In this document: piece after piece, positions 38,255 to 49,699 of the stretch
Layout of the letters: each line of letters opens with the position of its first letter
Position numbering within the stretch: the first letter of the stretch is position 1
Assembly: GCA_021372495.1 (NCBI GenBank)
Contig: JAJFUF010000037.1
Span: forward strand, 4,231-68,230
Length of the DNA: 64,000 bases
Reading direction: 5' to 3'
Source: Lysobacteraceae bacterium
GTDB taxonomy: Bacteria; Pseudomonadota; Gammaproteobacteria; Xanthomonadales; Rhodanobacteraceae
The notes under the pieces: model-generated
Told to the model about the DNA's origin: nothing
Database searches by the model: none
What the model saw: only the letters and a program-made list of their open reading frames with translations
Position numbers and translations under genes: made by a program

Positions 38255-40915
38255 ATGACCTCGCCCGAAGCCGCCGGCGCGCCCGGCACCCGCCCCGTCC
38301 TGCTCAGCGACTACCGCGCGCCCGCCTGGCGCATCGAGCACGTCGAACTCGAGTGCGATCTCGACATCGACGCCAGCGAAGTGCGCGCGCGCCTCGCGCT
38401 GCGCCGCGACCCCGCCCGCGACGAACCGCTGCGCCTCGACGGCGAGCGCCTGGCGCTGCAATCGATCCGGCTCGACGGCCGCGCGCTCGGCGCCGGCGAC
38501 TACGCGCTGGATGCCGAGGGCCTGACCGTGCCGGGCGCGCGCGACGGCAGCGTGCTGGAGACCGTGGTGCGCATCGAGCCGGCGCAGAACACCGCGCTGG
38601 AGGGCCTCTACCTCAGCGGCACGCGCGCGGCCGGCTTCCTGCTGACCCAGTGCGAGGCGCAGGGCTTCCGCCGCATCACCTATTCCCTCGATCGTCCCGA
38701 CGTGCTGGCGCGCTACACGGTGACGCTGCGCGCGGATCGCGCGCGCTTCCCGGTGCTGCTGGCGAACGGCAACCCGGACGGCGCCGGCGAGCTGGCCGAC
38801 GGCCGCCACTGGGCGCGCTACGTCGACCCGCATCCGAAGCCGAGCTACCTGTTCGCGCTGGTCGCGGGGCGCCTGGAGCGGATCGAGCGCGACTACGTCA
38901 CCGCCGAGGGCCGCGCGGTGAAGCTGCGCATCTTCGCCGAAGCCGACGCGATCGGCCGCTGCGGCTACGCGCTGGACGCGCTCGAGCGCGCGATGCGCTG
39001 GGACGAGCGCGTGTACGGCCGCTGCTACGACCTCGACGTGTTCCACATCGTCGCCACCCACGACTTCAACATGGGCGCGATGGAGAACAAGGGCCTCAAC
39101 ATCTTCAACGCCAAGTACCTGCTCGCCGACGCGGACAGCACCACCGACGACGAGTACCGGCAGATCGAGGCGGTGATCGCGCACGAGTACTTCCACAACT
39201 GGAGCGGCAACCGCGTCACCTGCCGCGACTGGTTCCAGTTGTCGCTGAAGGAAGGCCTGACCGTGTTCCGCGAGCAGAGCTTCGCCGCCGACATGAGCTC
39301 GCCGGCGCTGAAGCGCATCGAGGACGTGGCCACGCTGCGCCGCGCGCAGTTCCCCGAGGACGCCGGCCCGCTGGCGCATCCGGTGCGCCCGGAGCAGTAC
39401 CGCGAGATCAACAATTTCTACACCGCGACCGTGTACGAGAAGGGCGCGGAACTGGTGCGCATGCTGGCCGGGCGGCTCGGCGCGGACGGCTACCGCCGCG
39501 GCACCGATCTGTACTTTGCCCGCCACGACGGCCAGGCGGCGACGGTCGAGGATTTCCTCAAGGCGCTGGGCGACGCCAACGGCGTGGACCTGGCGCCCTA
39601 TCTCGCCTGGTACCGCCAGGCCGGCACGCCGCGCGTGCGCGCGCGCGGCGCCTACGACGCGGCCACGCGCAGCTACGCGCTGACGCTCGGCCAGCACACG
39701 CCGCCGACGCCCGGCCAGGCCGACAAGCGGCCGCTGCCGATCCCGCTGCGCGTCGCCCTGTTCGCGCGCGACGGCCGCCTGCTGCCGCTGCGCCTCGACG
39801 GCGAGGCCGTCGCGGCGAGCGAGGAACGCGTGCTGGAACTGGCCGCGGCGGAACAGACCTTCCGCTTCATCGACGTGCCCGAGCCGCCGCTGCCCTCGCT
39901 GCTGCGCGGCTTCTCCGCGCCGGTGATCGTCGAGGGCGACGACGCACCCGCGGACCTCGCCTTCCGGCTGCGCCACGAGTCCGACGGCTACAACCGCTGG
40001 GACGCCGGCCAGCGGCTGGCCCAGCTCGCCTTCGACGCCACGCTGCGCGGCGCCGCCGGCGGCGCGCCGGCCGCATGGTGCGAGGCGCTGGCCGCGCTGT
40101 TCGCGGAAGCGTCGCCGGACCCCGCCCTGCTGGCCGAGCTGCTGACACCGCCGCCCGCGGTCGAGCTGGGCGAGCGCTGCGCGGAACTCGATCCCGACGC
40201 CGTGCACGCCGCGCGCGAGACGCTGGAACGCATGCTGGCGGCGCGCCTCGGCGACGCCCTCGAAGCGCGCTACCGCGCGCTGCACGCGCACGCCGATGCC
40301 GCGCCCGATGCCGCCGGCGCGGCGCGGCGCCGGCTCAAGCGGCGCGTGCTGGAGCTGCTGTGCCGGCACGCTCCGGCGCGCGGCCACGCGCTGGCCGCGA
40401 CGCAGTTCGCCGACGCGCGCGGCATGACCGACCGCCTCGCCGCACTGGCCGCGCTGGTGCGCAGCGGCGCGGCCGGGGCCGACGACGCGCTCGCGCGCTA
40501 CCGCCAGCGTTACGAGGGCAACGCGCTGGCGCTGGACAAGTGGTTTGCGCTGCAGGCGCAGGTGCCGTCCGCGACCGCACTGGAGCGCGTGCAGGCGCTG
40601 GCGCACGACCCGGCCTTCACGCTGCGCAATCCGAACCGCGCCTACGCGCTGCTGCGCAGCTACGCGCAGGCCAACCCGGTCGGCTTCCACCGCGCCGACG
40701 GCGCCGGCTACGTCTGGCTGGCCGGCCGGCTGCGCGAGCTGGACGCGATCAACCCTTCGGTCGCCGCGCGGCTCGCCACCGCCTTCAACGGCTGGCGCCG
40801 GCTGGAACCGGGGCGGCGCCGGCACGCGCACGACGTCCTCGCCGGATTGGCCGCCGACACGGCGCGGCTGTCGCGCGATCTCGCCGATATACTTGAGCGC
40901 ACCCTGGCCGGCTGA
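38255..40915 (+). CDS. pepN: aminopeptidase N
   Basis: 886-aa ORF with M1 family motifs GAMEN and HEYFHNWSGNRVT...LKEG. Confidence 0.95.
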   Translation: MTSPEAAGAPGTRPVLLSDYRAPAWRIEHVELECDLDIDASEVRARLALRRDPARDEPLRLDGERLALQSIRLDGRALGAGDYALDAEGLTVPGARDGSVLETVVRIEPAQNTALEGLYLSGTRAAGFLLTQCEAQGFRRITYSLDRPDVLARYTVTLRADRARFPVLLANGNPDGAGELADGRHWARYVDPHPKPSYLFALVAGRLERIERDYVTAEGRAVKLRIFAEADAIGRCGYALDALERAMRWDERVYGRCYDLDVFHIVATHDFNMGAMENKGLNIFNAKYLLADADSTTDDEYRQIEAVIAHEYFHNWSGNRVTCRDWFQLSLKEGLTVFREQSFAADMSSPALKRIEDVATLRRAQFPEDAGPLAHPVRPEQYREINNFYTATVYEKGAELVRMLAGRLGADGYRRGTDLYFARHDGQAATVEDFLKALGDANGVDLAPYLAWYRQAGTPRVRARGAYDAATRSYALTLGQHTPPTPGQADKRPLPIPLRVALFARDGRLLPLRLDGEAVAASEERVLELAAAEQTFRFIDVPEPPLPSLLRGFSAPVIVEGDDAPADLAFRLRHESDGYNRWDAGQRLAQLAFDATLRGAAGGAPAAWCEALAALFAEASPDPALLAELLTPPPAVELGERCAELDPDAVHAARETLERMLAARLGDALEARYRALHAHADAAPDAAGAARRRLKRRVLELLCRHAPARGHALAATQFADARGMTDRLAALAALVRSGAAGADDALARYRQRYEGNALALDKWFALQAQVPSATALERVQALAHDPAFTLRNPNRAYALLRSYAQANPVGFHRADGAGYVWLAGRLRELDAINPSVAARLATAFNGWRRLEPGRRRHAHDVLAGLAADTARLSRDLADILERTLAG

Positions 40916-41005
40916 ACCTGCGTTTCAGGCATGCTTATGCTTGGCCGCGACCGATGTGCGCTCGCGCGCGTCATCGGGGCATGGGCCGCGATCGGGAGGT
41001 GTGCC

Positions 41006-41425
41006 ATGCGGTATCTGTCCCTGCTTGCCGCTGCGCTCGCCCTCGCCGGTTGCGCGGTCGAGCCGAGCTACACCCACGTGCAGGGCGCCGGCGATTACTA
41101 CGTCGGCCGCTCCGCCTACGGCGACGCCGATACGGTGATCGACTACGGCCGCTCGTGGAGCCCGACCTGGTGGGGCCCCGGCTTCGTCACCAACCCGTGG
41201 TACTACGCGCCGCCGCCGGTGATCGTGGTGCCCGAGCCCACGCGCCGCCCGCCGCCGCGGCGCGACCGCAAGCTCGGCATCGAGCCCGACGAGCGCGCGC
41301 GGCCGCCGGCGGACATGGCGCGTCCAGGCCACCCGCCGGCCGCGGCGCGGGCCGCGCCTGCGCCCGCACCCCGCGCCGTGCCGGAGCGGCGTCGCCGGCA
41401 CGACGACGGCGGCATGCGCCCCTGA
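41006..41425 (+). CDS. hypothetical lipoprotein with Pro/Arg-rich C-terminal half
   Basis: 139 aa from ATG 41006 with a GGGAGG RBS and lipobox LALAGC. Confidence 0.6.
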   Translation: MRYLSLLAAALALAGCAVEPSYTHVQGAGDYYVGRSAYGDADTVIDYGRSWSPTWWGPGFVTNPWYYAPPPVIVVPEPTRRPPPRRDRKLGIEPDERARPPADMARPGHPPAAARAAPAPAPRAVPERRRRHDDGGMRP

Positions 41426-41525
41426 CGCGGGGTGCCGCGGGAAAGCATGCAGGCGGAATGCGCGCGGCGGCTTCCGCCGCCCGTCGCTACCGGCTACGGG
41501 GAATGCGCGCGGCGCGCGCGAGACG

Positions 41526-41720
41526 TCAGGCGGGCAGGCGGCTGAGCGCGGCGCAGATGCGGCTGCGGCGCTGTTCCAGCGCGGGCAGCAGGACACCCTG
41601 TTCCGCTGCGGAACGGCGGCTGCGGATGTCCTCGATCGCCATTTCCACGCGCGCCATCTCGACGATCAGATCGTGGCGCAGGAACTGCGGATCGACGTTG
41701 ACGGCAGCAATGGCATTCAT
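41526..41720 (-). CDS. hypothetical small protein
   Basis: 64 aa from ATG 41720 with a GGAG RBS and GC3-rich codons. No family recognised. Confidence 0.4.
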   Translation of the reverse strand: MNAIAAVNVDPQFLRHDLIVEMARVEMAIEDIRSRRSAAEQGVLLPALEQRRSRICAALSRLPA

Positions 41721-41941
41721 GGGGAGGCTCCAGGTGCGTCGCGTCACACTTGCAGTGTGATCCATGCACATGACGTGCCAGCAACCGGCATCCCGACACC
41801 GCCGTGCCGCCGGCAACGGGCCGGGCCCGGCCCTGACACGACGCGTCGCAAGCTGACGGCCGACGGCACCGCCAGATGAACCTTATTTATTGATTCCGTT
41901 CACGGTACGTTGGGGTCGGAACCGCAATGATCGGGCCGCGC

Positions 41942-41969
41942 AAAAAAAAGCCGCGCGGGTCGCGCGGCT
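41942..41969 (-). terminator. rho-independent terminator
   Basis: The minus strand reads AGCCGCGCG-ACC-CGCGCGGCT followed by eight T. There is no T-run on the plus strand. Confidence 0.7.
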
Positions 41970-42235
41970 CGATACGCCAGTCTTTACGGTTCTGGCGCCC
42001 GGCATATGGTCATCCTGGATTCCCCCTGTTCCTGAGACCGCCGGGCGCCAGTCCTTCTTTCCCACGCTGATCGTTCCGGGGCTGCGTGAGGTGCGTCCTC
42101 CCACCGGCGCGCAACCGGCCCCTGATTCCGGTTATCGACGTGCTCGCAAACGCCGTGCGCCGGTGGGAGTGCACGAGACGTTGAAGCAGGTTCCGTGCCA
42201 GCACGGCACCCCTCGCGGCAGCGATACAATGCGCG
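41970..42235 (-). ncRNA. candidate structured RNA (sRNA or cis-regulatory leader), family unknown
   Basis: Non-coding by codon usage. It contains perfect 12-bp and 13-bp inverted repeats plus smaller hairpins and ends at the terminator above. The 5' end is not defined and no Rfam core motif was recognised. Confidence 0.25.
42225..42230 (+). promoter_or_regulatory. candidate -10 element TACAAT
   Basis: TACAAT lies 43 nt upstream of the mnmG-like stub ATG at 42273. There is no convincing -35. Confidence 0.25.
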
Positions 42236-42272
42236 CCTTCGCCTGCTTGGCGGCCGCAAGCCGCATTCTCCG

Positions 42273-42434
42273 ATGGACCTCGAACAGCACTACGACGTGA
42301 TCGTGGTCGGCGGCGGGCGCGACGCGGTGGCCGCAGGCCACGCGGCCTGCCGGTGGCAGGCCGCGAGCGGCGCGCGCCCGAGGCAGGAAGCCGAGGGCGG
42401 GGTGACTTGGCGAGGCCAGGATGGCCGCGCCTAG
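42273..42434 (+). pseudogene. decayed duplicate of the mnmG 5' end (53-codon stub)
   Basis: The stub starts [15 protein letters not shown]; the real MnmG starts [15 protein letters not shown], 201 bp downstream. The two share a 23-nt identical run, GACGTGATCGTGGTCGGCGGCGG. After that the stub frame degenerates and stops. Confidence 0.4.
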
Positions 42435-42473
42435 TCACCGACGTGGCCCCCATGCACCCTGACAGTACATCTC

Positions 42474-44360
42474 ATGGACAGCCTTACCTGCTATGACGTG
42501 ATCGTGGTCGGCGGCGGCCACGCCGGCACCGAGGCCGCGCTCGCCGCGGCGCGCCTGGGCGCGCGCACGCTGCTGTTGACGCACAACCTCGAGACCATCG
42601 GCCAGATGAGCTGCAACCCGGCCATCGGCGGCATCGGCAAGGGTCACCTGGTCAAGGAGATCGACGCGCTGGGCGGCGCAATGGCGCACGCCGCCGATCG
42701 CGCCGGCATCCAGTGGCGCACGCTGAACGCCTCCAAGGGCCCGGCCGTGCGCGCCACCCGCTGCCAGGCCGACCGCGCGCTGTACAAGGCCGCGATCCGC
42801 CGCGTGGTCGAAGCCCAGCCCGGCCTGCATCTGTTCCAGCAGGGCGTGGACGACCTGCTGATCGAAGGCGAGCGCGTGACCGGCGTGGTGACGCAGATGG
42901 GCCTGACCTGCCGCGCCGCGACCGTGGTGCTGACCGCCGGCACCTTCCTCGCCGGCAAGATCCACGTCGGCTTCGCCCAGTACGCCGGCGGCCGCGCCGG
43001 CGACGCGCCGGCCATCACGCTGGCGCAGAAGCTGCGCGAGCTGCCGCTGCGCGTCGACCGCCTGAAGACCGGCACGCCGCCGCGCATCGACGGCCGCAGC
43101 ATCGACTACGCCGCGCTGCAGGAGCAGCCGGGCGACGATCCGGCGCCGGTGTTCTCCTTCCTCGGCGCGCGCGCGGAGCATCCGCGCCAGGTGAGCTGCT
43201 GGATCACGCACACTTCGGCGCGCACGCACGAGCTGATCCGCGGCGCGCTGGACCGTTCGCCGCTGTACACCGGCCGCATCGAGGGCATCGGCCCGCGCTA
43301 CTGTCCGTCGATCGAGGACAAGGTGGTGCGCTTCGCCGACAAGGACAGCCACCAGGTGTTCGTCGAGCCGGAAGGGCTGGACAGCGCCGAGGTCTACCCC
43401 AACGGCATCTCCACCTCGCTGCCGTACGACGTGCAGGTGGCGCTGGTGCGCTCCATCGCCGGCTTCGAGCGCGCGCACATCACCCGCCCCGGCTACGCCA
43501 TCGAGTACGACTACTTCGATCCGCGCGGCCTCAAGCCGTCGCTGGAAACCAAGGCGATCGCCGGCCTGTTCTTCGCCGGCCAGATCAACGGCACCACCGG
43601 CTACGAGGAAGCCGCCGCCCAAGGCCTGATCGCCGGCCTGAACGCCGCGCGCCACGCGCTCGGCCGCGAGCCGTGGACGCCGCGCCGCGACGAGGCCTAC
43701 ATCGGCGTGCTGATCGACGATCTCACCAGCAACGGCACCCGCGAGCCGTACCGCATGTTCACCTCGCGCGCGGAGTACCGCCTGCATCTGCGCGAGGACA
43801 ACGCCGACCTGCGCCTGACCGAGCAAGGCTATGCGCTCGGCGTGGTGCCGCCGGAGCGTTACGACGCGCTCTGCCGCAAGCGCGAGGCGGTGGAGCGCGA
43901 GCGCGCGCGCCTGCAGGCGCTGTGGGCGGCACCCGGCAACGCGCTCGGCGCGGCGATCGCGCGCGACCTCGGCGTGGCGCTGACGCGCGAGACGCCCGTG
44001 CTCGACCTGCTGCGCCGTCCCGAGCTCGACTACGCCACGCTGATGGCCGTGCCCGAACTCGGCCCCGGCCACGACGATCCCGGTGTCGTCGGGCAGCTCG
44101 ACGTACAGGCCAAGTACGCCGGCTACCTCGAGCGCCAGCGCGACGAGATCGCGCGCCAGCAGCGCCAGGAAGGCACGCGCATTCCCGACGATTTCGACTA
44201 CGACGCCGTGCGCGGCCTCTCCGCCGAAGTGCTGGCGAAGCTGAAACAGGTGCAGCCGCAGACCGTCGGCCAGGCGGCGCGCATCAGCGGCGTCACCCCG
44301 GCCGCGATCGCCCTGCTGCTGGTGCACCTGAAGCGCCGTGGCGGTCGTAGTGCGGCCTGA
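42474..44360 (+). CDS. mnmG: tRNA uridine 5-carboxymethylaminomethyl modification enzyme
   Basis: 628-aa ORF with the FAD motif [21 protein letters not shown] and MnmG/GidA-like sequence along its full length. Confidence 0.95.
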   Translation: MDSLTCYDVIVVGGGHAGTEAALAAARLGARTLLLTHNLETIGQMSCNPAIGGIGKGHLVKEIDALGGAMAHAADRAGIQWRTLNASKGPAVRATRCQADRALYKAAIRRVVEAQPGLHLFQQGVDDLLIEGERVTGVVTQMGLTCRAATVVLTAGTFLAGKIHVGFAQYAGGRAGDAPAITLAQKLRELPLRVDRLKTGTPPRIDGRSIDYAALQEQPGDDPAPVFSFLGARAEHPRQVSCWITHTSARTHELIRGALDRSPLYTGRIEGIGPRYCPSIEDKVVRFADKDSHQVFVEPEGLDSAEVYPNGISTSLPYDVQVALVRSIAGFERAHITRPGYAIEYDYFDPRGLKPSLETKAIAGLFFAGQINGTTGYEEAAAQGLIAGLNAARHALGREPWTPRRDEAYIGVLIDDLTSNGTREPYRMFTSRAEYRLHLREDNADLRLTEQGYALGVVPPERYDALCRKREAVERERARLQALWAAPGNALGAAIARDLGVALTRETPVLDLLRRPELDYATLMAVPELGPGHDDPGVVGQLDVQAKYAGYLERQRDEIARQQRQEGTRIPDDFDYDAVRGLSAEVLAKLKQVQPQTVGQAARISGVTPAAIALLLVHLKRRGGRSAA

Positions 44361-45150
44361 AAGGGCCGGGACGCGCCTGCTCGCGCGGCGCAGCGCAGGC
44401 GTGATGGTCGCCGTCGCCGCCTGGGCGCAGGCCGCCGCGCCTGACGTCCAGCCGCCCACGGTCACGCCCTATCGCCCTACCCTATCCGATCCTGCAGGCT
44501 TGCCGGTCCCCGGCTGGCTGGAGGGGGAGTTCGGCGGCCTTCGCGTACTGCATGAGGACGGCTCGCGTTCGGATACCGTGCCGTTCCTCCTGAAATACGC
44601 CTTCGACGAAGACCACGGGGTGCTGTTCGGCGGCGACGCCTTCGATCGCGAGGTGGATGCGGCCGGTCCTCATGGCGGCGGCATGGGCGACACCTATCTG
44701 GAGTGGAAGCAGCGTTTGCCGATGCGCGAGGGGCTCGCGTTCGGCTACGAGATCGGGCCGGTGTTACCGACGTCGGCGCAGGGTGTCGGCCTCGACAAGC
44801 CCGCGTGGCTGCTGAACGGCATCCTCAGCTCGGGCGTCGGCGCACTGCACCTCGACATCAACGTCGGCGCCACGCGTTACGCCACCCGCTCGCCCGGCGC
44901 ATCCCGCTGGCAAAGCGGGTGGGCGGCGGCAATGTCGTGGCCGCTGGGCGATCGCTTCGGCGGCGCCATCGAGCTGTCCGGCAACAACCGGCGCGGCATC
45001 GGGCACGCTCACCAGATGCTCGGCACCGCCAACTTCATGGCGAGCCGCCGCCTCGTATGGGACGCGGGCCTCGCTTACGGCCTGGATCGGCGTACGCACG
45101 ATCTTGGCCTGTTCGCGGGCGGGACCGTCCTGCTGGGTCGCCTGCGCTGA
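44338..45150 (+). CDS. putative outer-membrane beta-barrel protein
   Basis: 270-aa ORF overlapping the mnmG end by 23 nt. It has a basic n-region and a hydrophobic stretch ending AWAQA, followed by an amphipathic strand pattern. The start is uncertain. Confidence 0.6.
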   Translation: MAVVVRPERAGTRLLARRSAGVMVAVAAWAQAAAPDVQPPTVTPYRPTLSDPAGLPVPGWLEGEFGGLRVLHEDGSRSDTVPFLLKYAFDEDHGVLFGGDAFDREVDAAGPHGGGMGDTYLEWKQRLPMREGLAFGYEIGPVLPTSAQGVGLDKPAWLLNGILSSGVGALHLDINVGATRYATRSPGASRWQSGWAAAMSWPLGDRFGGAIELSGNNRRGIGHAHQMLGTANFMASRRLVWDAGLAYGLDRRTHDLGLFAGGTVLLGRLR

Positions 45151-45189
45151 CCTCGGCGGACACGGCGCGTCCGGAACGATCACCCGCGT

Positions 45190-45198
45190 TGCTAGAAT
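45190..45198 (+). promoter_or_regulatory. candidate extended -10 promoter (TGcTAGAAT) for tex
   Basis: TGCTAGAAT lies 66 nt upstream of the tex ATG. The -35 is weak. Confidence 0.3.
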
Positions 45199-45263
45199 CG
45201 TGCGTTTGCCGGGCCGTCGAGGCGGCTCACGACGTTTGCGTCTGCAAGGAGTCCACCGACCGC

Positions 45264-47585
<2,322 letters not shown>

Positions 47586-47752
47586 TCGGCGCGCTTGCGC
47601 GCGCCGTTGCAGCGTCGCAGCATGCGCCCGGGTATGGTTTCGATTACCGTAGGCCGACAGCGGCCGCGTGCAGGGGGGAGCGCGCGCGTCGCGGAAACGG
47701 CCGCCGCGCGCGGCCCGTCCCCGATCGACAAGAACAGCAAGGAGTCTGCAAT

Positions 47753-49597
47753 ATGCCGCGTATCCGCATTCTCGCCGGCGCCGTCGCGCTGGCGCTGGCC
47801 GCCGGCGCCGCCCAGGCCGGCACGTTCGACAACGTGGTCGTGATCGGCGACAGCCTGAGCGACAACGGCAACATCGCTCTGGCCTCCGGTTTCCCGGAGC
47901 CGTCGCGCTTCACCACCAACCCCGGCACGGTGGCGATCGAGAACGTCGCCAGCTACTTCGGCTTCACCCTGGCGCCGTCGCTGACGGGCGGCACCGACCT
48001 CGCCTTCGGCGGCGCCGGTGTACTCAACAATTCCGTTGCCGGCCCGATCCCGACCCTGCCGCAGCAGTTCGCGCAGTACCTCGCCGCCACCGGCGGCCAG
48101 GCCGATGCGAAGACGCTGTACAGCGTGTGGGGCGGCGGCAACGACATCCTCTTCCACGCCGGTATGGTCCAGCTCGCTGCCGAAACCCCGCAGCAGGCGC
48201 AGGCCGGCGTGCTGGCGGCGGCGCAGGCCGAGGTCGGCCTGCTGAACCAGATGGCGCAGGCCGGCGCGCGCTACGTCGTGGTGTTCAACCTGCCGGACGT
48301 CGGCAGGACCCCGGCTGGGCTCGCCGGCGGCGCGGCCGCCAGCCAGAGCCTGACCGGCCTGTCGATCGGCTACAACAGCGTGCTGAACAGCGGCCTGGCG
48401 TCGCTGAGCGGCGGCGACGTCAACATCATCCCGGTCGACACCTTCCGCCTGATCAGCGAGGTGATCGCCAACCCGGGCGCGTTCGGCTTCACCAACGTCA
48501 CCGCGCCGGCCTGCACCACGTCGAGTTCGCTGACCTGCACGCCGGCGACGCTGGTCTCCGCCGATGCCGCGCAGAACTACCTGTTCGCCGACGGCGTGCA
48601 CCCGACCACCGCCGCGCACGCCATGCTGGGCCAGTTCGTGGTCGCCGAGATCACCGCGCCGCTGCAGATCTCGATGCTGGCGCAGGCGCCGCAGACCGCC
48701 TATCGCACGCACGCGCGCGCGATCGGCAACCAGCAGCTCGCCGACTACGACCGCCAGGGCGACGGCCTGCGCTGGTTCGCCAGCTTCGACTACGACCGCC
48801 AGCGCATCGACCAGACCGACGTCTCGCCCAAGCTCGATACCAACCAGAGCACGCTCACGGTCGGCGCCGACGCGCACGCCAGCGACAACCTCTCGGTGGG
48901 CATGGCGCTCGGCATCGCCAGCCAGAACGCCGATTTCGCCGGCGGCCTGGGCGGCTTCAAGCTGCAGGACCTGATGTTCTCCGGCTACGGCCTGTACCGC
49001 ATGGGGCAGGGCTACGTCGGCGCGATCGGCACCTTCGGCAGCCTCAGCTACAACGACATCGACCGCAACATCCAGCTCGGCCAACTGCGCCGCACCGAGC
49101 ACGGCGAGGCGCCGGGCTCGCAGTCGGCGTTCGAGGTCAACGGCGGCTATCGCTTCGCGTTCGGCGGGCTGCAGACCGGTCCGTTCGCGGGCATCGCCTA
49201 TCAGCACGCGCGCGTCGGCACGTACACCGAACAGGCCGGCGACAGCTCGAGCATGTGGTTCGCGCGGCAGAACCGCGAGTCGCTGGTCGGCCGCCTCGGC
49301 TGGGACCTGATCGGCAGCTTCCAGGCCGGCGGCACTACCCTGCGCCCGTACGCCGCGATCGCCTACGAGCACGAGAACAACACCGACCCGTACATGGTGC
49401 GCACCGGCTCCAGCACGATGAACGGCAGCTTCAAGCTTCCGGGCTACACGCCGGACTCGAGCTGGATCAACGCCGACCTCGGCCTGTCCGCCGACTTCAG
49501 CGCGAACTTCACCGGCTACGTCAGCTACAGCGGCCGCTTCGGCGACAGCAACCAGCGCAACGACAGCCTGAACCTCGGGCTGAAGATGAGCTTCTGA
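47753..49597 (+). CDS. autotransporter SGNH/GDSL esterase (EstA-like)
   Basis: 614 aa from ATG 47753 with an AAGGAG RBS and a signal peptide. It has GDSL block VVIGDSLSDNGN and block V DGVHPT. The C-terminal beta-barrel ends in LGLKMSF. Confidence 0.9.
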   Translation: MPRIRILAGAVALALAAGAAQAGTFDNVVVIGDSLSDNGNIALASGFPEPSRFTTNPGTVAIENVASYFGFTLAPSLTGGTDLAFGGAGVLNNSVAGPIPTLPQQFAQYLAATGGQADAKTLYSVWGGGNDILFHAGMVQLAAETPQQAQAGVLAAAQAEVGLLNQMAQAGARYVVVFNLPDVGRTPAGLAGGAAASQSLTGLSIGYNSVLNSGLASLSGGDVNIIPVDTFRLISEVIANPGAFGFTNVTAPACTTSSSLTCTPATLVSADAAQNYLFADGVHPTTAAHAMLGQFVVAEITAPLQISMLAQAPQTAYRTHARAIGNQQLADYDRQGDGLRWFASFDYDRQRIDQTDVSPKLDTNQSTLTVGADAHASDNLSVGMALGIASQNADFAGGLGGFKLQDLMFSGYGLYRMGQGYVGAIGTFGSLSYNDIDRNIQLGQLRRTEHGEAPGSQSAFEVNGGYRFAFGGLQTGPFAGIAYQHARVGTYTEQAGDSSSMWFARQNRESLVGRLGWDLIGSFQAGGTTLRPYAAIAYEHENNTDPYMVRTGSSTMNGSFKLPGYTPDSSWINADLGLSADFSANFTGYVSYSGRFGDSNQRNDSLNLGLKMSF

Positions 49598-49604
49598 GCA
49601 CGAC

Positions 49605-49674
49605 GCGCGCACCGCGGGCCGCGGTGCGCGCGCTTCTGCAGAAACGAAAAGGCCGTCCTCGCGGACGGCCTTTT
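49605..49674. terminator. two hairpins between convergent genes, the second a bidirectional intrinsic terminator
   Basis: A GC palindrome GCGCGCACCGCGG/CCGCGGTGCGCGC lies at 49605-49631. At 49647-49674 the sequence is AAAAGGCCGTCC-TCGC-GGACGGCCTTTT. Confidence 0.65.
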
Positions 49675-49699
49675 CGTGGGGGGAAGCTCGAAACCGCTG

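Noticed and set aside
41970-42235. Identity of the structured region as RNase P RNA, tmRNA, SRP RNA, 6S RNA or a known riboswitch (cobalamin, TPP, SAM-I, ZTP, guanidine-III).
   Set aside because: There is no GGAAAGUCCGG / ACAGAAYCCGGCUUA, no tmRNA tag reading frame or acceptor end, and no SRP GGAAGCAGCC loop. Only short partial resemblances exist (ACUGGCG, CUCAGGAACAGG), and they do not extend into full motifs.
41984-42259. 91-aa minus-strand ORF ending 15 nt before the terminator, and the 136-aa plus-strand ORF at 41890-42300.
   Set aside because: Both use many A/T-ending codons (GCA, TTG, TAT, CGT, GAA, CCT, TCA), unlike every confident gene here. The translations are Arg-rich and neither has an RBS.
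41721-42473. Replication origin next to mnmG (gidA), as in E. coli.
   Set aside because: There is no cluster of TTATCCACA-like DnaA boxes (best match TTATCGACG), no AT-rich 13-mer unwinding element, and no GATC clustering.
44703-45263. N-terminal extensions of track ORFs (tex from 44703, estA from 46346, receptor from 50873, M61 peptidase from 11339, glyS from 58197, and others).
   Set aside because: The extensions are Arg-rich and overlap neighbouring genes. In each case an internal ATG/GTG with a Shine-Dalgarno sequence starts the recognisable protein or signal peptide.
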